From a virus (taxonomy: Duplodnaviria; Caudoviricetes): a DNA stretch of 45,708 bases. The DNA is taken from IMG/VR virus record IMGVR_UViG_3300037796_000113, positions 1 to 45,708 of that record. The stretch is one strand, 5' to 3'. The notes below the pieces were generated by a model. The model ran no database searches. It saw only the letters and a program-made list of their open reading frames with translations, and was not told the DNA's origin. Each line of letters opens with the position of its first letter. Position 1 is the stretch's first letter. The translations under genes and the position numbers were made by a program. Below are positions 18,125 through 28,221 of the stretch, piece after piece.

Positions 18125-18399
18125 CAACCAATTATGGAACCGGGGTGATAGTACTCGACGACACCAGCGACGACGTTCTTACGGGGAAGTTCATGGTGGC
18201 GCGAGTGGTGTTTCTGTCTCCAACCAGTTCCGGAAGAATGACGGTGTCAGACAAGAATGGACAGATCGTTGCCGCCGCCGTCGTGAACAACACGAACAAG
18301 CCGACGGTATCGGTGGACGTATATCACAATGTTGCGGGTCTCCAGCTTACCGAGACGGTGTCCGGTGGTGAGGCTCACGTATATCTCAAAGAGTGGTAA
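18121..18399 (+). CDS. Hypothetical beta-rich structural protein
   Basis: GGAGG SD; coupled to upstream stop. Confidence 0.6.
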   Translation: MTTNYGTGVIVLDDTSDDVLTGKFMVARVVFLSPTSSGRMTVSDKNGQIVAAAVVNNTNKPTVSVDVYHNVAGLQLTETVSGGEAHVYLKEW

Positions 18400-18420
18400 T
18401 CCACGGGAAAGGTAGGAACC

Positions 18421-18906
18421 ATGAAGAACGAGAGAATGGGAATCAAAGGTCTGGTCCGCTGGACGGTGTTCGATAAGAACGGCAAGATCACGCAGCAGGG
18501 CGAAAACCACAACATCGTGACCGATCAGGGGGATGCGCTGATTGCCGACCTCTTGGCCGAGACTCCGGCGCGAACCAAGGTCGACAATGCTAACGGTGTA
18601 ATTGCGGTTGGGACTGGATTCGTTTCTGAGGGCAAGTCAAGTTCGATGCAGACACAGACCGGAACTCCTGAAGCAATGGATGCTGGGTATCCACAGGTCT
18701 CCGGAGCATTTGGAGCTGCTGATGACAATGTCGTTTTGTATCGCGCGACATTTGAAGCAGGGGATCTCAATGATACGGGAATTGATGAAGCAGAGCTTGG
18801 AAATGGTACCGACGTATTGGCTTATGCACAAATCAATCCGGCTGTGGATGTAACATCCGCAGATACATTGCAGATTGACTGGGAAATCACCCTCCTTGGT
18901 TCATAA
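18421..18906 (+). CDS. Putative virion structural protein (fibre-associated-like)
   Basis: HNIVTDQG..IA, IAVGTG, IDEAEL, DTLQIDWEIT pattern typical of phage structural proteins. Confidence 0.6.
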   Translation: MKNERMGIKGLVRWTVFDKNGKITQQGENHNIVTDQGDALIADLLAETPARTKVDNANGVIAVGTGFVSEGKSSSMQTQTGTPEAMDAGYPQVSGAFGAADDNVVLYRATFEAGDLNDTGIDEAELGNGTDVLAYAQINPAVDVTSADTLQIDWEITLLGS

Positions 18907-18948
18907 TCTCTATAGAATAAAATATAACCGGGGTACAAGGAGGAGGGA

Positions 18949-19422
18949 ATGACATGGCGCATATTCGCAGCCTTGCTATCGCTCTTGCTGTTGGCCTCAT
19001 TATCGGCGGCGGCACAGTCGGGCTCATCGGATGGGGCGCGCTCAGAGACGCCCGAGCAAACCTTGAGGACGCTCGAGCGGATCTACAGCGAGTTAGCCGA
19101 GACCAACAGCGAGCTGAGGAGCGCGCTCGCAGACTCGGAGAGGAGCTATCGAGAGCTGAGGATGCTCTACAGGCAAGCCGAGGACAGGTTGACCGGCTTA
19201 CAGACATCCTTGGCCGGAGCGGAGCAGAGCTTACGAGCCTCGGTGGAGCACTCGGGCGAGCTAGTGATGCTGCTGAGAGAGAGCAGGCGCTCATTGGCGA
19301 GTTTGGAGCGGCGCTTCGACGCCTTAGAGAGGGCATGGCGCCGGGCTCGCCTTGAGCGGTGGATATGGCTGGTAGCAGGCGCGGCAGCAGGTGCGGCCGG
19401 CGGGTATTTTGCCGCGCAATGA
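18949..19422 (+). CDS. Signal peptide + coiled coil + C-terminal TM protein (spanin-like, no lipobox)
   Basis: MTWRIFAALLSLLLLASLSAAA signal, heptad-rich core, WIWLVAGAAAGAAGGYFAA; SD AGGAGG 18938-43. Confidence 0.7.
   Translation: MTWRIFAALLSLLLLASLSAAAQSGSSDGARSETPEQTLRTLERIYSELAETNSELRSALADSERSYRELRMLYRQAEDRLTGLQTSLAGAEQSLRASVEHSGELVMLLRESRRSLASLERRFDALERAWRRARLERWIWLVAGAAAGAAGGYFAAQ
18954..19355 (+). CDS. N-terminal TM + coiled-coil protein (i-spanin-like), fully nested in 18949..19422 in another frame
   Basis: LAIALAVGLIIGGGTVGLIGWGAL followed by heptads; SD AGGAGG 18941-46. Confidence 0.65.
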   Translation: MAHIRSLAIALAVGLIIGGGTVGLIGWGALRDARANLEDARADLQRVSRDQQRAEERARRLGEELSRAEDALQASRGQVDRLTDILGRSGAELTSLGGALGRASDAAEREQALIGEFGAALRRLREGMAPGSP

Positions 19423-19436
19423 CGGGAGGATGACAG

Positions 19437-19718
19437 ATGGCAACAGCAAGTGAGGTTAAAGCAGGGCTGGACGATATCGCAACATCTATCCGTAACAGTC
19501 GGCAGGCGCTCGCGCAGTCGAAAGCGCGGATACAGTCGGCGCGGAATGAGCTTGCAAACATCCCGACGACGTTTGCAGACATCATAGCAGAGATAGATGG
19601 GTATAGCGGCGCTGATGCATTCGAGCAGTTGGCGCAGGCCGAAAAGGCAAAGTTGGCTGCGGAGTTTACGGCGCTGCGTGACGAGATGGACGCACTCATC
19701 AACTCAACGGAGTTTTAG
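19437..19718 (+). CDS. Small helical hypothetical protein
   Basis: GGAGG SD; 93 aa, Ala-rich amphipathic. Confidence 0.65.
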   Translation: MATASEVKAGLDDIATSIRNSRQALAQSKARIQSARNELANIPTTFADIIAEIDGYSGADAFEQLAQAEKAKLAAEFTALRDEMDALINSTEF

Positions 19719-19721
19719 CCA

Positions 19722-21947
19722 GTGGCCGACCATGCCCTCGCAACCGTAACAAATCCATCCTCTGCGCTCACTGATTTTACGCTCATAGTCGACCTCTCGA
19801 ACATGCCCGCAAATTGGTGGAGCGCGGTGGACACGAGTGACGGTACACGAGGGCGGGTATACAAGGGCGACGGCACAACGAGGCTAGCCTGTGACTGGAT
19901 TGATTTTGACAACGTAGCAGAGACGGGGCTACTGCGGGTGCTGTGGAGTGGCACCCTTGCCTCGACGGGGACGCAAGAGCTGTGGATAGAGCCTCCCGTA
20001 AGTGGCAATGCGGCCGTCAGTGCGTCGGATACCTACGGGTCTGATAATGCGTACGATTCGAGTTGGGAGGGGTATTGGCCTCTACATGACGGAGACGATA
20101 GGACCGTAAACGCAAATGCTATGTCGTGGGACGGCGGTTGGGGCGGCGATACTTCCTTTGGAGACGCTTCCGGTAAGCTTGGCCCAGCTACATCGTTGGG
20201 GAGCGATTCGAGGGACGCAATAGGGGCTGCGGGAGTTAGCTTCGCCTCAAACGATATTTCTCTCATTGCGTGGGTATATCCAAACGCATTGAGCTCGGAC
20301 GACGGTATTGTATTCTCACGAGGAACAGACACAACGGGAATGGCCGTTCGCAATAGCAATCATCTGGGGTATGAGTGGGATGGGGCGCATTGGGATTGGG
20401 CCACTGGACCATCGTTGTCTGCTTTATCGTGGCAGATGTGCGCGGTCGTTGGAAGTGGCAGCGGCGTTACAGCTTATGTAGACAGCGCCTCTGCGACGGA
20501 CACAGAAACTCTTACATCTACTACCATTGATGATCTGAGGGTTGCCGTAGATGAGTACTCCTATTCAGGGCGGAGACTGGATGGAGATTTTCAGCACGTT
20601 TCTATTCATAGCGCCGCCCGTACCTCCGCGTGGATTTCCCACGAATACGACCAAACCAACGACAACGTTACATTCTGGGGCACATGGAGCTGGGAGACAG
20701 AGGGCGGCGGGACGACGCATGAGGTAAGTCTGGCTGATTCGGTTGGGGTGACTGATGATATTGCCTCGATACTTGGAAAATTGGTATCGATCTTTGATTC
20801 TGTTTCCATAACCGATGATATTACGAAAACGATTGGTTTTGCACGCATACTTTCCGAAACGGTTAGTAGTTCCGATACAATAGTTATTTCCCGAACCATC
20901 GTCCGATCCCTATTGGATTCAGTTGGAGTTGGGGATACCCTTGCGCGAAATCTAGTTGCCATTCGTCTGTTACAAGATAGTATATCAATTTCTGATTCAT
21001 CCGACATACTTCTTTCTCAACTTATCGCAGTACTTCTCGAGGATGGTGTATCTGTTACCGATACAACAAACGTGGTGGCGGCTTATGTCCGTGCTTTAGC
21101 TGATTCCATTGATCTATCCGATAGTCTTTCCACCGCAATTGTGAAATCCATTTTGGTTGCTGACTCAGTTGGGGTGACAGATTCCCTCATTCGATCTGGT
21201 GCGTATTTTCTGGTTTTTGCTGAGACAGTGGGGATATCTGATGCACTTAGTACTTCATTGTTTCAATTGATCACGGTCTCTCTTTCTGAGACCGTCGCGA
21301 TAACGGATACGGCAACGAGAATTGGAACATTTTTGCGAGCGATTACTGATTCCATTTCCCTATCTGATTTAGAATCAGCTACGAGGGATATCATCCGTAT
21401 TATTGAAGATTCAATCAGTATTACGGACACGGTTGATTTCTCTCGGGCTCTGATACGAAATCTCATTGACACGGTTGGAATTACCGATGAACTGACCACT
21501 CAAATGATACAGTACATTACTGTGGCATTGAGTGATAGTGTTTCGATTACTGATAATACTACTCGTGGTCGTATTGCTCGTGTATTACTACAGGAAACGA
21601 TTAGCGCAACCGACGAACTGAAAACAGCGGCGCAGTTTGTACGTTCTATTGTTGAATCGGTAACGATAGATGATGATCTAAGTCGACGTTTACAGATGTT
21701 TGTGACTCTTGTGGATACGATCGAGATGTCGGATACTGTGAGTACCACATTCATAACCGATAAGTTACGTGATCTTGCGGATGCGGTTGGGATCACAGAT
21801 GAGGTGCTTGCAAGAGTTCTGCGGGAGGGGGATGATTGGTTTGGAAAGCCACAGTTTATTGAATCCCTTACCGAGAAGCATCCAAAATTGATTTCTGCAC
21901 TGGAAGCTCTTATTCCAAGGATCACAGGAGTGAAAAAAGATGAATAG
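19722..21947 (+). CDS. Fibre/adhesin-like virion protein: DUF2341-like + LamG/ConA-like domain + ~18 beta repeats
   Basis: LTDFTLIVDL..DG.T.L, SLIAWVYP..WQMCAVV..SAARTSAWI; repeats such as LADSVGVTD with a ~20-aa period from ~20725. Confidence 0.7.
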   Translation: MADHALATVTNPSSALTDFTLIVDLSNMPANWWSAVDTSDGTRGRVYKGDGTTRLACDWIDFDNVAETGLLRVLWSGTLASTGTQELWIEPPVSGNAAVSASDTYGSDNAYDSSWEGYWPLHDGDDRTVNANAMSWDGGWGGDTSFGDASGKLGPATSLGSDSRDAIGAAGVSFASNDISLIAWVYPNALSSDDGIVFSRGTDTTGMAVRNSNHLGYEWDGAHWDWATGPSLSALSWQMCAVVGSGSGVTAYVDSASATDTETLTSTTIDDLRVAVDEYSYSGRRLDGDFQHVSIHSAARTSAWISHEYDQTNDNVTFWGTWSWETEGGGTTHEVSLADSVGVTDDIASILGKLVSIFDSVSITDDITKTIGFARILSETVSSSDTIVISRTIVRSLLDSVGVGDTLARNLVAIRLLQDSISISDSSDILLSQLIAVLLEDGVSVTDTTNVVAAYVRALADSIDLSDSLSTAIVKSILVADSVGVTDSLIRSGAYFLVFAETVGISDALSTSLFQLITVSLSETVAITDTATRIGTFLRAITDSISLSDLESATRDIIRIIEDSISITDTVDFSRALIRNLIDTVGITDELTTQMIQYITVALSDSVSITDNTTRGRIARVLLQETISATDELKTAAQFVRSIVESVTIDDDLSRRLQMFVTLVDTIEMSDTVSTTFITDKLRDLADAVGITDEVLARVLREGDDWFGKPQFIESLTEKHPKLISALEALIPRITGVKKDE

Positions 21948-23070
21948 ATTACTCATTGACGTAAATCATCTGAGTGCCGTCCTTGAACAATATGATCAAA
22001 TCAAACTCTATCGGGCTGACACAGAATCCGGTTCATATACGGAAATAACCGGTGTAACCAGTAGAATTGACCTGATTCCAGCACAAGAGCAGTATTACTA
22101 TGATGACTCGGATGGACATTCCGATCATTGGTATAAGGCTTCCTACTATAATTCTTCAACCGCAGAAGAAAGTCAGCTCGGTGACGCCTTTCAAGCGCAG
22201 ACCTATGCCGAGAAAATCGGGTATTCCTTTGATAACTATTCTCCTCCTCCGGGGGAATGGGGAAAGATTCTCACCGCAGACGATATGCGGTACACCTACA
22301 TGTTCGGAATCGATGCGATTGCCACCGATTCGCAAGAGAGTGAGTTTACCGACGCGCAGTTTGACTACTTCATCGAGGCAGCCCTCGAGGAGGTAGAGCG
22401 CTACCTTACCCTCGATATTCGACGTCGGGTCTACAAGACGAATCCGGATAACACGGCGGTTCGAGCCCCGAAATATCGAGCAAATGTAGATTTCACCGAT
22501 TACGACGACCCATACGAGTTCGACCCCAAAGAGTGGCAGAACTACGGCTTCGTTCAGCTCAGACATTGGCCCCTCATTAAGATCGATCGGGCAATCCTGT
22601 ACAGTCCGGTCAAGGGCGAGGTGCTCGATTTCCTCGAGCAGGACTGGGTGCGCATGAGCCGGAACGTCGGGCAGTTGCACCTCTTCCCGAAGAGCGGGTT
22701 CAGCTACGGTCCGTATCAGATTAGTGGAATGCCGTGGATTCTCCTCGGTCAGCGCTACCCGTCGGCCTTTGAGTTCGACTACCAGACCGGATTCGAAACA
22801 TCCGATTTTGTCCCCCGCGACTTGCGAGATCTCGTAGGGATGTACGCTGCCATCAAGGCGCTCGATACCATCGGTGACGGCCTGTTGGCAGGTTTCTCGA
22901 GCCAGTCGGTGAGCCTCGACGGGCTCAGTGAGAGCTTCTCCTCGACGCAGAGTGCGACCAGCGCATACTTCGGCGCTCGCCTGAAGAGCTATGCCGACCA
23001 CATTGAGACCATCTTGGAGCGGAACCGGTACAAGTTCGGGCCGCCGCCTATGAGCTTCGTGGGGGTGTAA
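21940..23070 (+). CDS. Head-tail adaptor/neck protein with N-terminal beta-sandwich
   Basis: SSQSVSLDGLSESFSSTQSATSAYFGARL C-terminal motif typical of SPO1/Twort-like neck proteins; synteny. Confidence 0.7.
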   Translation: MNRLLIDVNHLSAVLEQYDQIKLYRADTESGSYTEITGVTSRIDLIPAQEQYYYDDSDGHSDHWYKASYYNSSTAEESQLGDAFQAQTYAEKIGYSFDNYSPPPGEWGKILTADDMRYTYMFGIDAIATDSQESEFTDAQFDYFIEAALEEVERYLTLDIRRRVYKTNPDNTAVRAPKYRANVDFTDYDDPYEFDPKEWQNYGFVQLRHWPLIKIDRAILYSPVKGEVLDFLEQDWVRMSRNVGQLHLFPKSGFSYGPYQISGMPWILLGQRYPSAFEFDYQTGFETSDFVPRDLRDLVGMYAAIKALDTIGDGLLAGFSSQSVSLDGLSESFSSTQSATSAYFGARLKSYADHIETILERNRYKFGPPPMSFVGV

Positions 23071-23071
23071 C

Positions 23072-24181
23072 GTGTCTGATGTTTTCAAGACGAATCAAAC
23101 AGTCAGGCGCTACGACGACGCAATCATACGCCACGCTCAGTGGATTCGCTGGGTACGGGCGATCACCTGCCCGTGCGTGAACCCGAACACCATGCAGCCG
23201 GACATCCGCTGCACGATGTGCAAGGGTCGCGGCTACATCTACCGGAATCCGGGCACCTTCTCAATTAAGCAGGAGGTAGCTAAGCACAACGGGTTTGGAG
23301 TTATCACCCCACGATATGGGCCGGTATCAAACCCGGTCGTGTGGCGTCAAGGGGAGAAGCTGCCTCTCGCCGATCCACAGCCAGACCCGAATGTCATTAC
23401 CCTCGAGGGCCCGAACTACCCCAGACTGTACCAGCGGATGTACATCGACTACGACTTCCGCCCGGTGCAGTCGGTAATCGCCGAGGAGGCCGAGGTCATC
23501 GACACGAACATTCTCCGGGTGGTTGGGGCCCGGTTCGAGGATCAGGGGAAGCAATTCGAGGGATCAATCGAGACCGTCACTCGGGTGGAGAATGTCACCA
23601 AGAGCGAGACATACACCGTCAGCGAGGCCATCAAGGAGTACATCTTCCTCGACGGCATGGGAACCTACGCGGATGGGGACGTGATCGAGGTGGACTACAC
23701 CTACATTCGGCCGTTTCAGTTCGTCCTGCACACGGTTACCCCGGCGATGCGCTATGAGCCGTCCTACGTCTCTCAGGATACCGCAGCGACCCTGCTGGTT
23801 CCAAGCTGGGCGAACCCGGCCCCGAATGACCTATTCACGGCCATGGCGCAGGAATCACCGGCCAGTGCGGTCATCGATCCGACCTTCACTCCGGGTGATG
23901 ACGTCATACGTGACTACTTCGACCTATCAACCATTGAGTTCGTCATGGACAAGAACGGAACCGAGTACACCCCGGGCGAAGACGTGGTGCTTATCGGTCG
24001 AAACAAGGTACACTGGCTGGTAACAAAGCCGACGGTGGCCTACACCATCGAGTTCACCCACCACCCGACCTTCTCCTCGGTTCGGGAGCCTCAGACCATC
24101 CGCACGGCCGAGAACAAGGAGTTCGCCAACAAGGTGAGCCTCAAGCAGTACCAGATCACAAACACGGTGCAGAGTTTCTAA
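23072..24181 (+). CDS. Head completion/neck protein
   Basis: CPC...C..C.G.G motif near the N-terminus; synteny. Confidence 0.65.
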   Translation: MSDVFKTNQTVRRYDDAIIRHAQWIRWVRAITCPCVNPNTMQPDIRCTMCKGRGYIYRNPGTFSIKQEVAKHNGFGVITPRYGPVSNPVVWRQGEKLPLADPQPDPNVITLEGPNYPRLYQRMYIDYDFRPVQSVIAEEAEVIDTNILRVVGARFEDQGKQFEGSIETVTRVENVTKSETYTVSEAIKEYIFLDGMGTYADGDVIEVDYTYIRPFQFVLHTVTPAMRYEPSYVSQDTAATLLVPSWANPAPNDLFTAMAQESPASAVIDPTFTPGDDVIRDYFDLSTIEFVMDKNGTEYTPGEDVVLIGRNKVHWLVTKPTVAYTIEFTHHPTFSSVREPQTIRTAENKEFANKVSLKQYQITNTVQSF

Positions 24182-25026
24182 TGGCAGAAGACATTCAGGT
24201 AGACGTATCAGACCTCCTCCCAGAGTTCGCCAAGTTGATGCAGGCCGGGTACGGCGATTCTGTGTTCGCTCACACCCGGAACGCCCTCGAACACATCGCA
24301 GAGATGTATCAGAAGGTGTGGCGGGGATATGCCCTCGGAACGCCCATCCCGGGCGCACCCCGAATCATCAGCACCGCGAGCTATGCTCGATCCATTCAGG
24401 TTGACAACTCAGACCCCGATGTGAAAATCGTATACACCGACATGGACAAGTACCACGGGCTGATTGAGCACGGGCGGCGTGAGTACGACATGAAACCGGG
24501 GCTTCTCTCTGGGCCGAATGCCAGAACCACAAAAGACGGCGGAAAGTATAACATCGTACCCTTCAGGCACCAAACACCCGGTGGCGGTAGGAATCCGATG
24601 CCGGTGAACGTATATCGCACCATTCTTCGTGATTCAGATAGGGCAGAATTACGAAAACAGATGGGACTATCATCCACAGGTGGTAAGAGCCACACCATAT
24701 CTTCAGGTCCCACTCCGGTTCAACGTGCGTATCAGTGGGGGACGAGGCTGAGCAAATATGAAAGCACCCAGACGCCCCTTCATCCAAAGAAGGAGCACTG
24801 GAAGTCCCCCAGTATCTTTGCGGGAATGGTTCGTATGCAGGCCTCAACTACCGGAGCAAGTCGCTCGAAATATATGACCTTTCGGGTGGTGTCCTCACGC
24901 AGTGATCCTGATTCGTGGATTTCTCCGAAGCTCGATCCAATCCCGATTCGTAAGAGAGTCGTGGAGACGGTTAATCCAATTGCGGTGCAGATGCTCAAAT
25001 CGGCCATTGAGGAGGACATCCGATGA
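24181..25026 (+). CDS. Neck/tail completion protein
   Basis: IEHG...YDMKPGLL, IVPFRH, YMTFRVVS..S.P.SWI motifs. Confidence 0.65.
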   Translation: MAEDIQVDVSDLLPEFAKLMQAGYGDSVFAHTRNALEHIAEMYQKVWRGYALGTPIPGAPRIISTASYARSIQVDNSDPDVKIVYTDMDKYHGLIEHGRREYDMKPGLLSGPNARTTKDGGKYNIVPFRHQTPGGGRNPMPVNVYRTILRDSDRAELRKQMGLSSTGGKSHTISSGPTPVQRAYQWGTRLSKYESTQTPLHPKKEHWKSPSIFAGMVRMQASTTGASRSKYMTFRVVSSRSDPDSWISPKLDPIPIRKRVVETVNPIAVQMLKSAIEEDIR

Positions 25027-25787
25027 AGACGAGCAGAACCAGTAATGCGTACGTACAGAAAGACTCACAACTCCGTACCATACGGATACTTGACTTCGAG
25101 AATCCTGAAGTTCTTCTAGCAGAAAAACTTCGCCAGTTCACCGTCGAGGTCGGATATTCAGAGATCATGCCCCACTTCCAGAACCTACGCATTCACACCG
25201 TACACCCCTTTGCGATGCTCCTGTATCAGTCGTCCATAGGTGAGAATCTGAGCATGGATATGTTTCCCTCGGTCACCGTCGCGGATTCAACCGACAGCCA
25301 GACGGAGCAGACGCTTGGATTCGAGGAGAGCAATTTCGCCCTTCGGGAACCTGACATCGCTCACATTCGAAGCCTTAAGGATCAGCAGAAGGTGTGGATC
25401 GGAGACAGTAACCTGAATCGGCTCGAAAACGCGGTATCGGATGGGTCGGAAATCATGGCTCGCTCCTACCGGTTTCAGGAGACGCACCAGATCGACTTCA
25501 ACATCTGGGCAGAAAACAAGGACGTCACCAGCTTCCTTTTCGATATGGTGAAGGCCTTCATATACCAATATCGAAAGCAACTCTACACCGAGCACGGTAT
25601 TGCATTACAAGGGGGGATTCAGGGCCGTAGAAGTGGGGATATCAACGTGGACTTCGAGCGGTTGCTCTACGGGTCGAACGTGACCGTGACAGCCGACATC
25701 GCCTATTCAACGATTGAGGTCGACATTCCGTACGGTCTGATCGACGGGATTGTCCTCGATCCACACTATCATGAATTGGAGGAGTAG
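25023..25787 (+). CDS. Putative tail terminator/completion protein
   Basis: FPSVTV and IDFNIWAEN motifs; position upstream of the sheath. Confidence 0.55.
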   Translation: MKTSRTSNAYVQKDSQLRTIRILDFENPEVLLAEKLRQFTVEVGYSEIMPHFQNLRIHTVHPFAMLLYQSSIGENLSMDMFPSVTVADSTDSQTEQTLGFEESNFALREPDIAHIRSLKDQQKVWIGDSNLNRLENAVSDGSEIMARSYRFQETHQIDFNIWAENKDVTSFLFDMVKAFIYQYRKQLYTEHGIALQGGIQGRRSGDINVDFERLLYGSNVTVTADIAYSTIEVDIPYGLIDGIVLDPHYHELEE

Positions 25788-25791
25788 TCAT

Positions 25792-25998
25792 ATGGAAGAG
25801 AACACGGAGGAGAAACAGCCAAAGCGGCGCTCGACTAAGAAGAAGTCAAGTGCCGAGACGATGAGTTTCGAGAACTATGCACGTGACAATCTGGAGGGAG
25901 TGCACAGATACACCATTGCTTACCTTCAGCCAAAGTACCGTGATAAAATGAAAACCAAGAAAGAGTGGGACGCAGAGCTTGCGCCCTTCACTAACTAA
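25792..25998 (+). CDS. Small hypothetical protein preceding the sheath gene
   Basis: GGAGGAG SD; KTKKEWD motif. Confidence 0.6.
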   Translation: MEENTEEKQPKRRSTKKKSSAETMSFENYARDNLEGVHRYTIAYLQPKYRDKMKTKKEWDAELAPFTN

Positions 25999-26012
25999 AG
26001 AGAGGGTAAACC

Positions 26013-27707
26013 ATGGGAGTCGACTATCGAACATTTCAGTCGGCCGGACGAATTAGCCAGCACGCCATTCCGGGGGCGTATTCCCGTATCGACTCTGTGC
26101 AGGGTGCGGCGGGATTCGTATCGGCTACGAACCTTGTCATCATGGGAAAGAGCCGTGGTGGCGAGCCGCAGACTCTCCTTCAGTTCAATAACGTCAACGC
26201 GGCCATAAATACGCTGCGCGGCGGGGAGCTGATGGACGCGATCAGACTTGCATTTAACCCGGGGAACAACCTTGTTCCTCAGCGCATTTATGCAATGCGG
26301 GTGAACAATGCAACGCAGGCCAGTGTGAATCTCGAAGATGGATCTTCAAATGCGATGGCCACCATTCGCAGCCGGGATTATGGAGCATATACGAATCAGA
26401 TTCAGTTTACACTGGCAGATGGTACGAATGAGGGAAAGAAGGTCACGGTGGTGCTGAAGAATGATACTGAGGTCTTCGATGATATCAATCGTCCCTCGCT
26501 TCAGATCACTCACTCTACTGAATCGATCACCATCACCATCAACGATACCACTCAAGAGTTGTCGGATACCGGAACGCTTGGGACGCTTGATCTCAACAAC
26601 TACGATACCATTGGTGATCTTGCTTCTTACATCAATGCTCAGTCCGGATATACGGCAGTTGCTGTTGCCGGACAGGAAGAGGCGAGTCCGCTTGAGCTTG
26701 ATAGTGTATCAAGTGTGGCCGTATCTGGTGGGGTGACATTCAGCTCCAATCTTGAGGCTATTGCCGATACCATCAATAGTTCTTCACTGCTTGTGGAAGT
26801 CGAGTTGGTGTTTGGATCGAATGACCGAGCAGAGCCGCAGAACCTCGCTGCTACCTATCTCACTGGTGGAACCGAGGGTGACTACGATGCGACTCAGTGG
26901 ACGGCAGCACTCTCTGCTCTCGAGGCTGAAGATGTCAATTTCGTTTCAACCCCTGATACTGATACATCGGTGCACAATTCCATCAAGAATCACTGCACGA
27001 CCATGTCTTCGGTCACCGGGCGTAAGGAACGGCAGTTCGTGGTTGGCCATGGCTGGGGCACCACGATATCTACGGCGATCTCCGAGGCGAAGATTTTGAA
27101 CTCAAAGTGGGGTGCAACGGTCTTCAATGGTGGGTATCAGTTCGATCTCAATGGCAACAAAACCGCCTACCATGCCGGATATGCCGCGTGCATGTTTGCC
27201 GCGATGAAGACGGTGCTCGCGATCAACGAACCGCAGACCTTCAAGACGGTCAACTTCATTGAACTGGAACAGAAGGTCACCGATAGTGACAAGGAACAGC
27301 TCATTCGTGGTGGTGTCGCACCGATAGCGTACAACTCGAACGGAATCCCGCACGTTGTGCGGAGCGTAACCAATTATCAGACGGCAGATCTGAAGTGGAA
27401 CGAGTTTTCAATGGTCACTGAAATGGCCTTCGTCTCTCGCGATCTGCGAAACTTTCTCGAGACACAATTCGTCGGAAAAGCGGGAACAAACATCGCGGGC
27501 GGGGTCCTTGAGGGTTCGGTGAAATCCAGATTGAGTCAGTATACCGAACTGGGTGTCTTCATTCGAGACGACAGTGGTACCGCGTGGTGGAATGTTCAGA
27601 TTGTCATTGTTGGCGATTCGGTTGAGGTAGACTACGATGCATATCTCACCGCACCGGTGAACTTCATCTTTGTGACAAATCACTTCCATGAGTTGGTACA
27701 GGCGTAA
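26013..27707 (+). CDS. Tail sheath protein
   Basis: PGAYSRID, G.S.GGEP, LRGGELMDAI..AFNP, SRDYG, LTGGTEG, APVNFIFVT; 564 aa. Confidence 0.9.
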   Translation: MGVDYRTFQSAGRISQHAIPGAYSRIDSVQGAAGFVSATNLVIMGKSRGGEPQTLLQFNNVNAAINTLRGGELMDAIRLAFNPGNNLVPQRIYAMRVNNATQASVNLEDGSSNAMATIRSRDYGAYTNQIQFTLADGTNEGKKVTVVLKNDTEVFDDINRPSLQITHSTESITITINDTTQELSDTGTLGTLDLNNYDTIGDLASYINAQSGYTAVAVAGQEEASPLELDSVSSVAVSGGVTFSSNLEAIADTINSSSLLVEVELVFGSNDRAEPQNLAATYLTGGTEGDYDATQWTAALSALEAEDVNFVSTPDTDTSVHNSIKNHCTTMSSVTGRKERQFVVGHGWGTTISTAISEAKILNSKWGATVFNGGYQFDLNGNKTAYHAGYAACMFAAMKTVLAINEPQTFKTVNFIELEQKVTDSDKEQLIRGGVAPIAYNSNGIPHVVRSVTNYQTADLKWNEFSMVTEMAFVSRDLRNFLETQFVGKAGTNIAGGVLEGSVKSRLSQYTELGVFIRDDSGTAWWNVQIVIVGDSVEVDYDAYLTAPVNFIFVTNHFHELVQA

Positions 27708-27719
27708 GAGGAGGATAGT

Positions 27720-28190
27720 ATGGCACAGCGTCTAATTGCGGGTGGAGCATGGACACAAGTCTGGATTCAGCACCCCACCCTCGGAATGATTCCGGTTGGC
27801 CTCGCAACCGGTGCAAGCTACGACGAGGACTGGGCGGTAAATCCGGCACAAGTAGTCGGATATCACGGCCCAATTGACTATGATTCACAGGGGTATACCC
27901 TGTCGATCACACTCCAGACATTCGTTCCGCAACTTGCGAATCCTCCGGGTGGTGCTTGGCCTGACGGTGGAGTGGTTCCGTTATCAGATTTCTTGCCTAC
28001 GCGGGAAGAGGTTCAATCAAATGCCGGACGTCCCGGTATGTTTGATCTCATGCATTTCGTAAATCTGAGTACGGGTGAAACCATGAATGAGTTTCGCAAG
28101 GTGATGATCGCTTCAAACGGAGTGCAAATCGCGCCCAATAGTTTCGTGACGGCAAATGTGCGAATGATGGGGGTCGAGCGTCTCAAGTAG
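27720..28190 (+). CDS. Tail tube protein
   Basis: 156 aa directly after the sheath; GAGGAGG SD. Confidence 0.75.
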   Translation: MAQRLIAGGAWTQVWIQHPTLGMIPVGLATGASYDEDWAVNPAQVVGYHGPIDYDSQGYTLSITLQTFVPQLANPPGGAWPDGGVVPLSDFLPTREEVQSNAGRPGMFDLMHFVNLSTGETMNEFRKVMIASNGVQIAPNSFVTANVRMMGVERLK

Positions 28191-28221
28191 GGTTCGATCA
28201 ACTGAAAGGAGAAAAGCAATA

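Noticed and set aside
18887-19702. 271-aa minus-strand ORF as a third overlapping gene
   Set aside because: Ser/Ala/Arg-rich with no coherent features, opposite to the operon direction; likely a by-product of the constrained dual-coding region.
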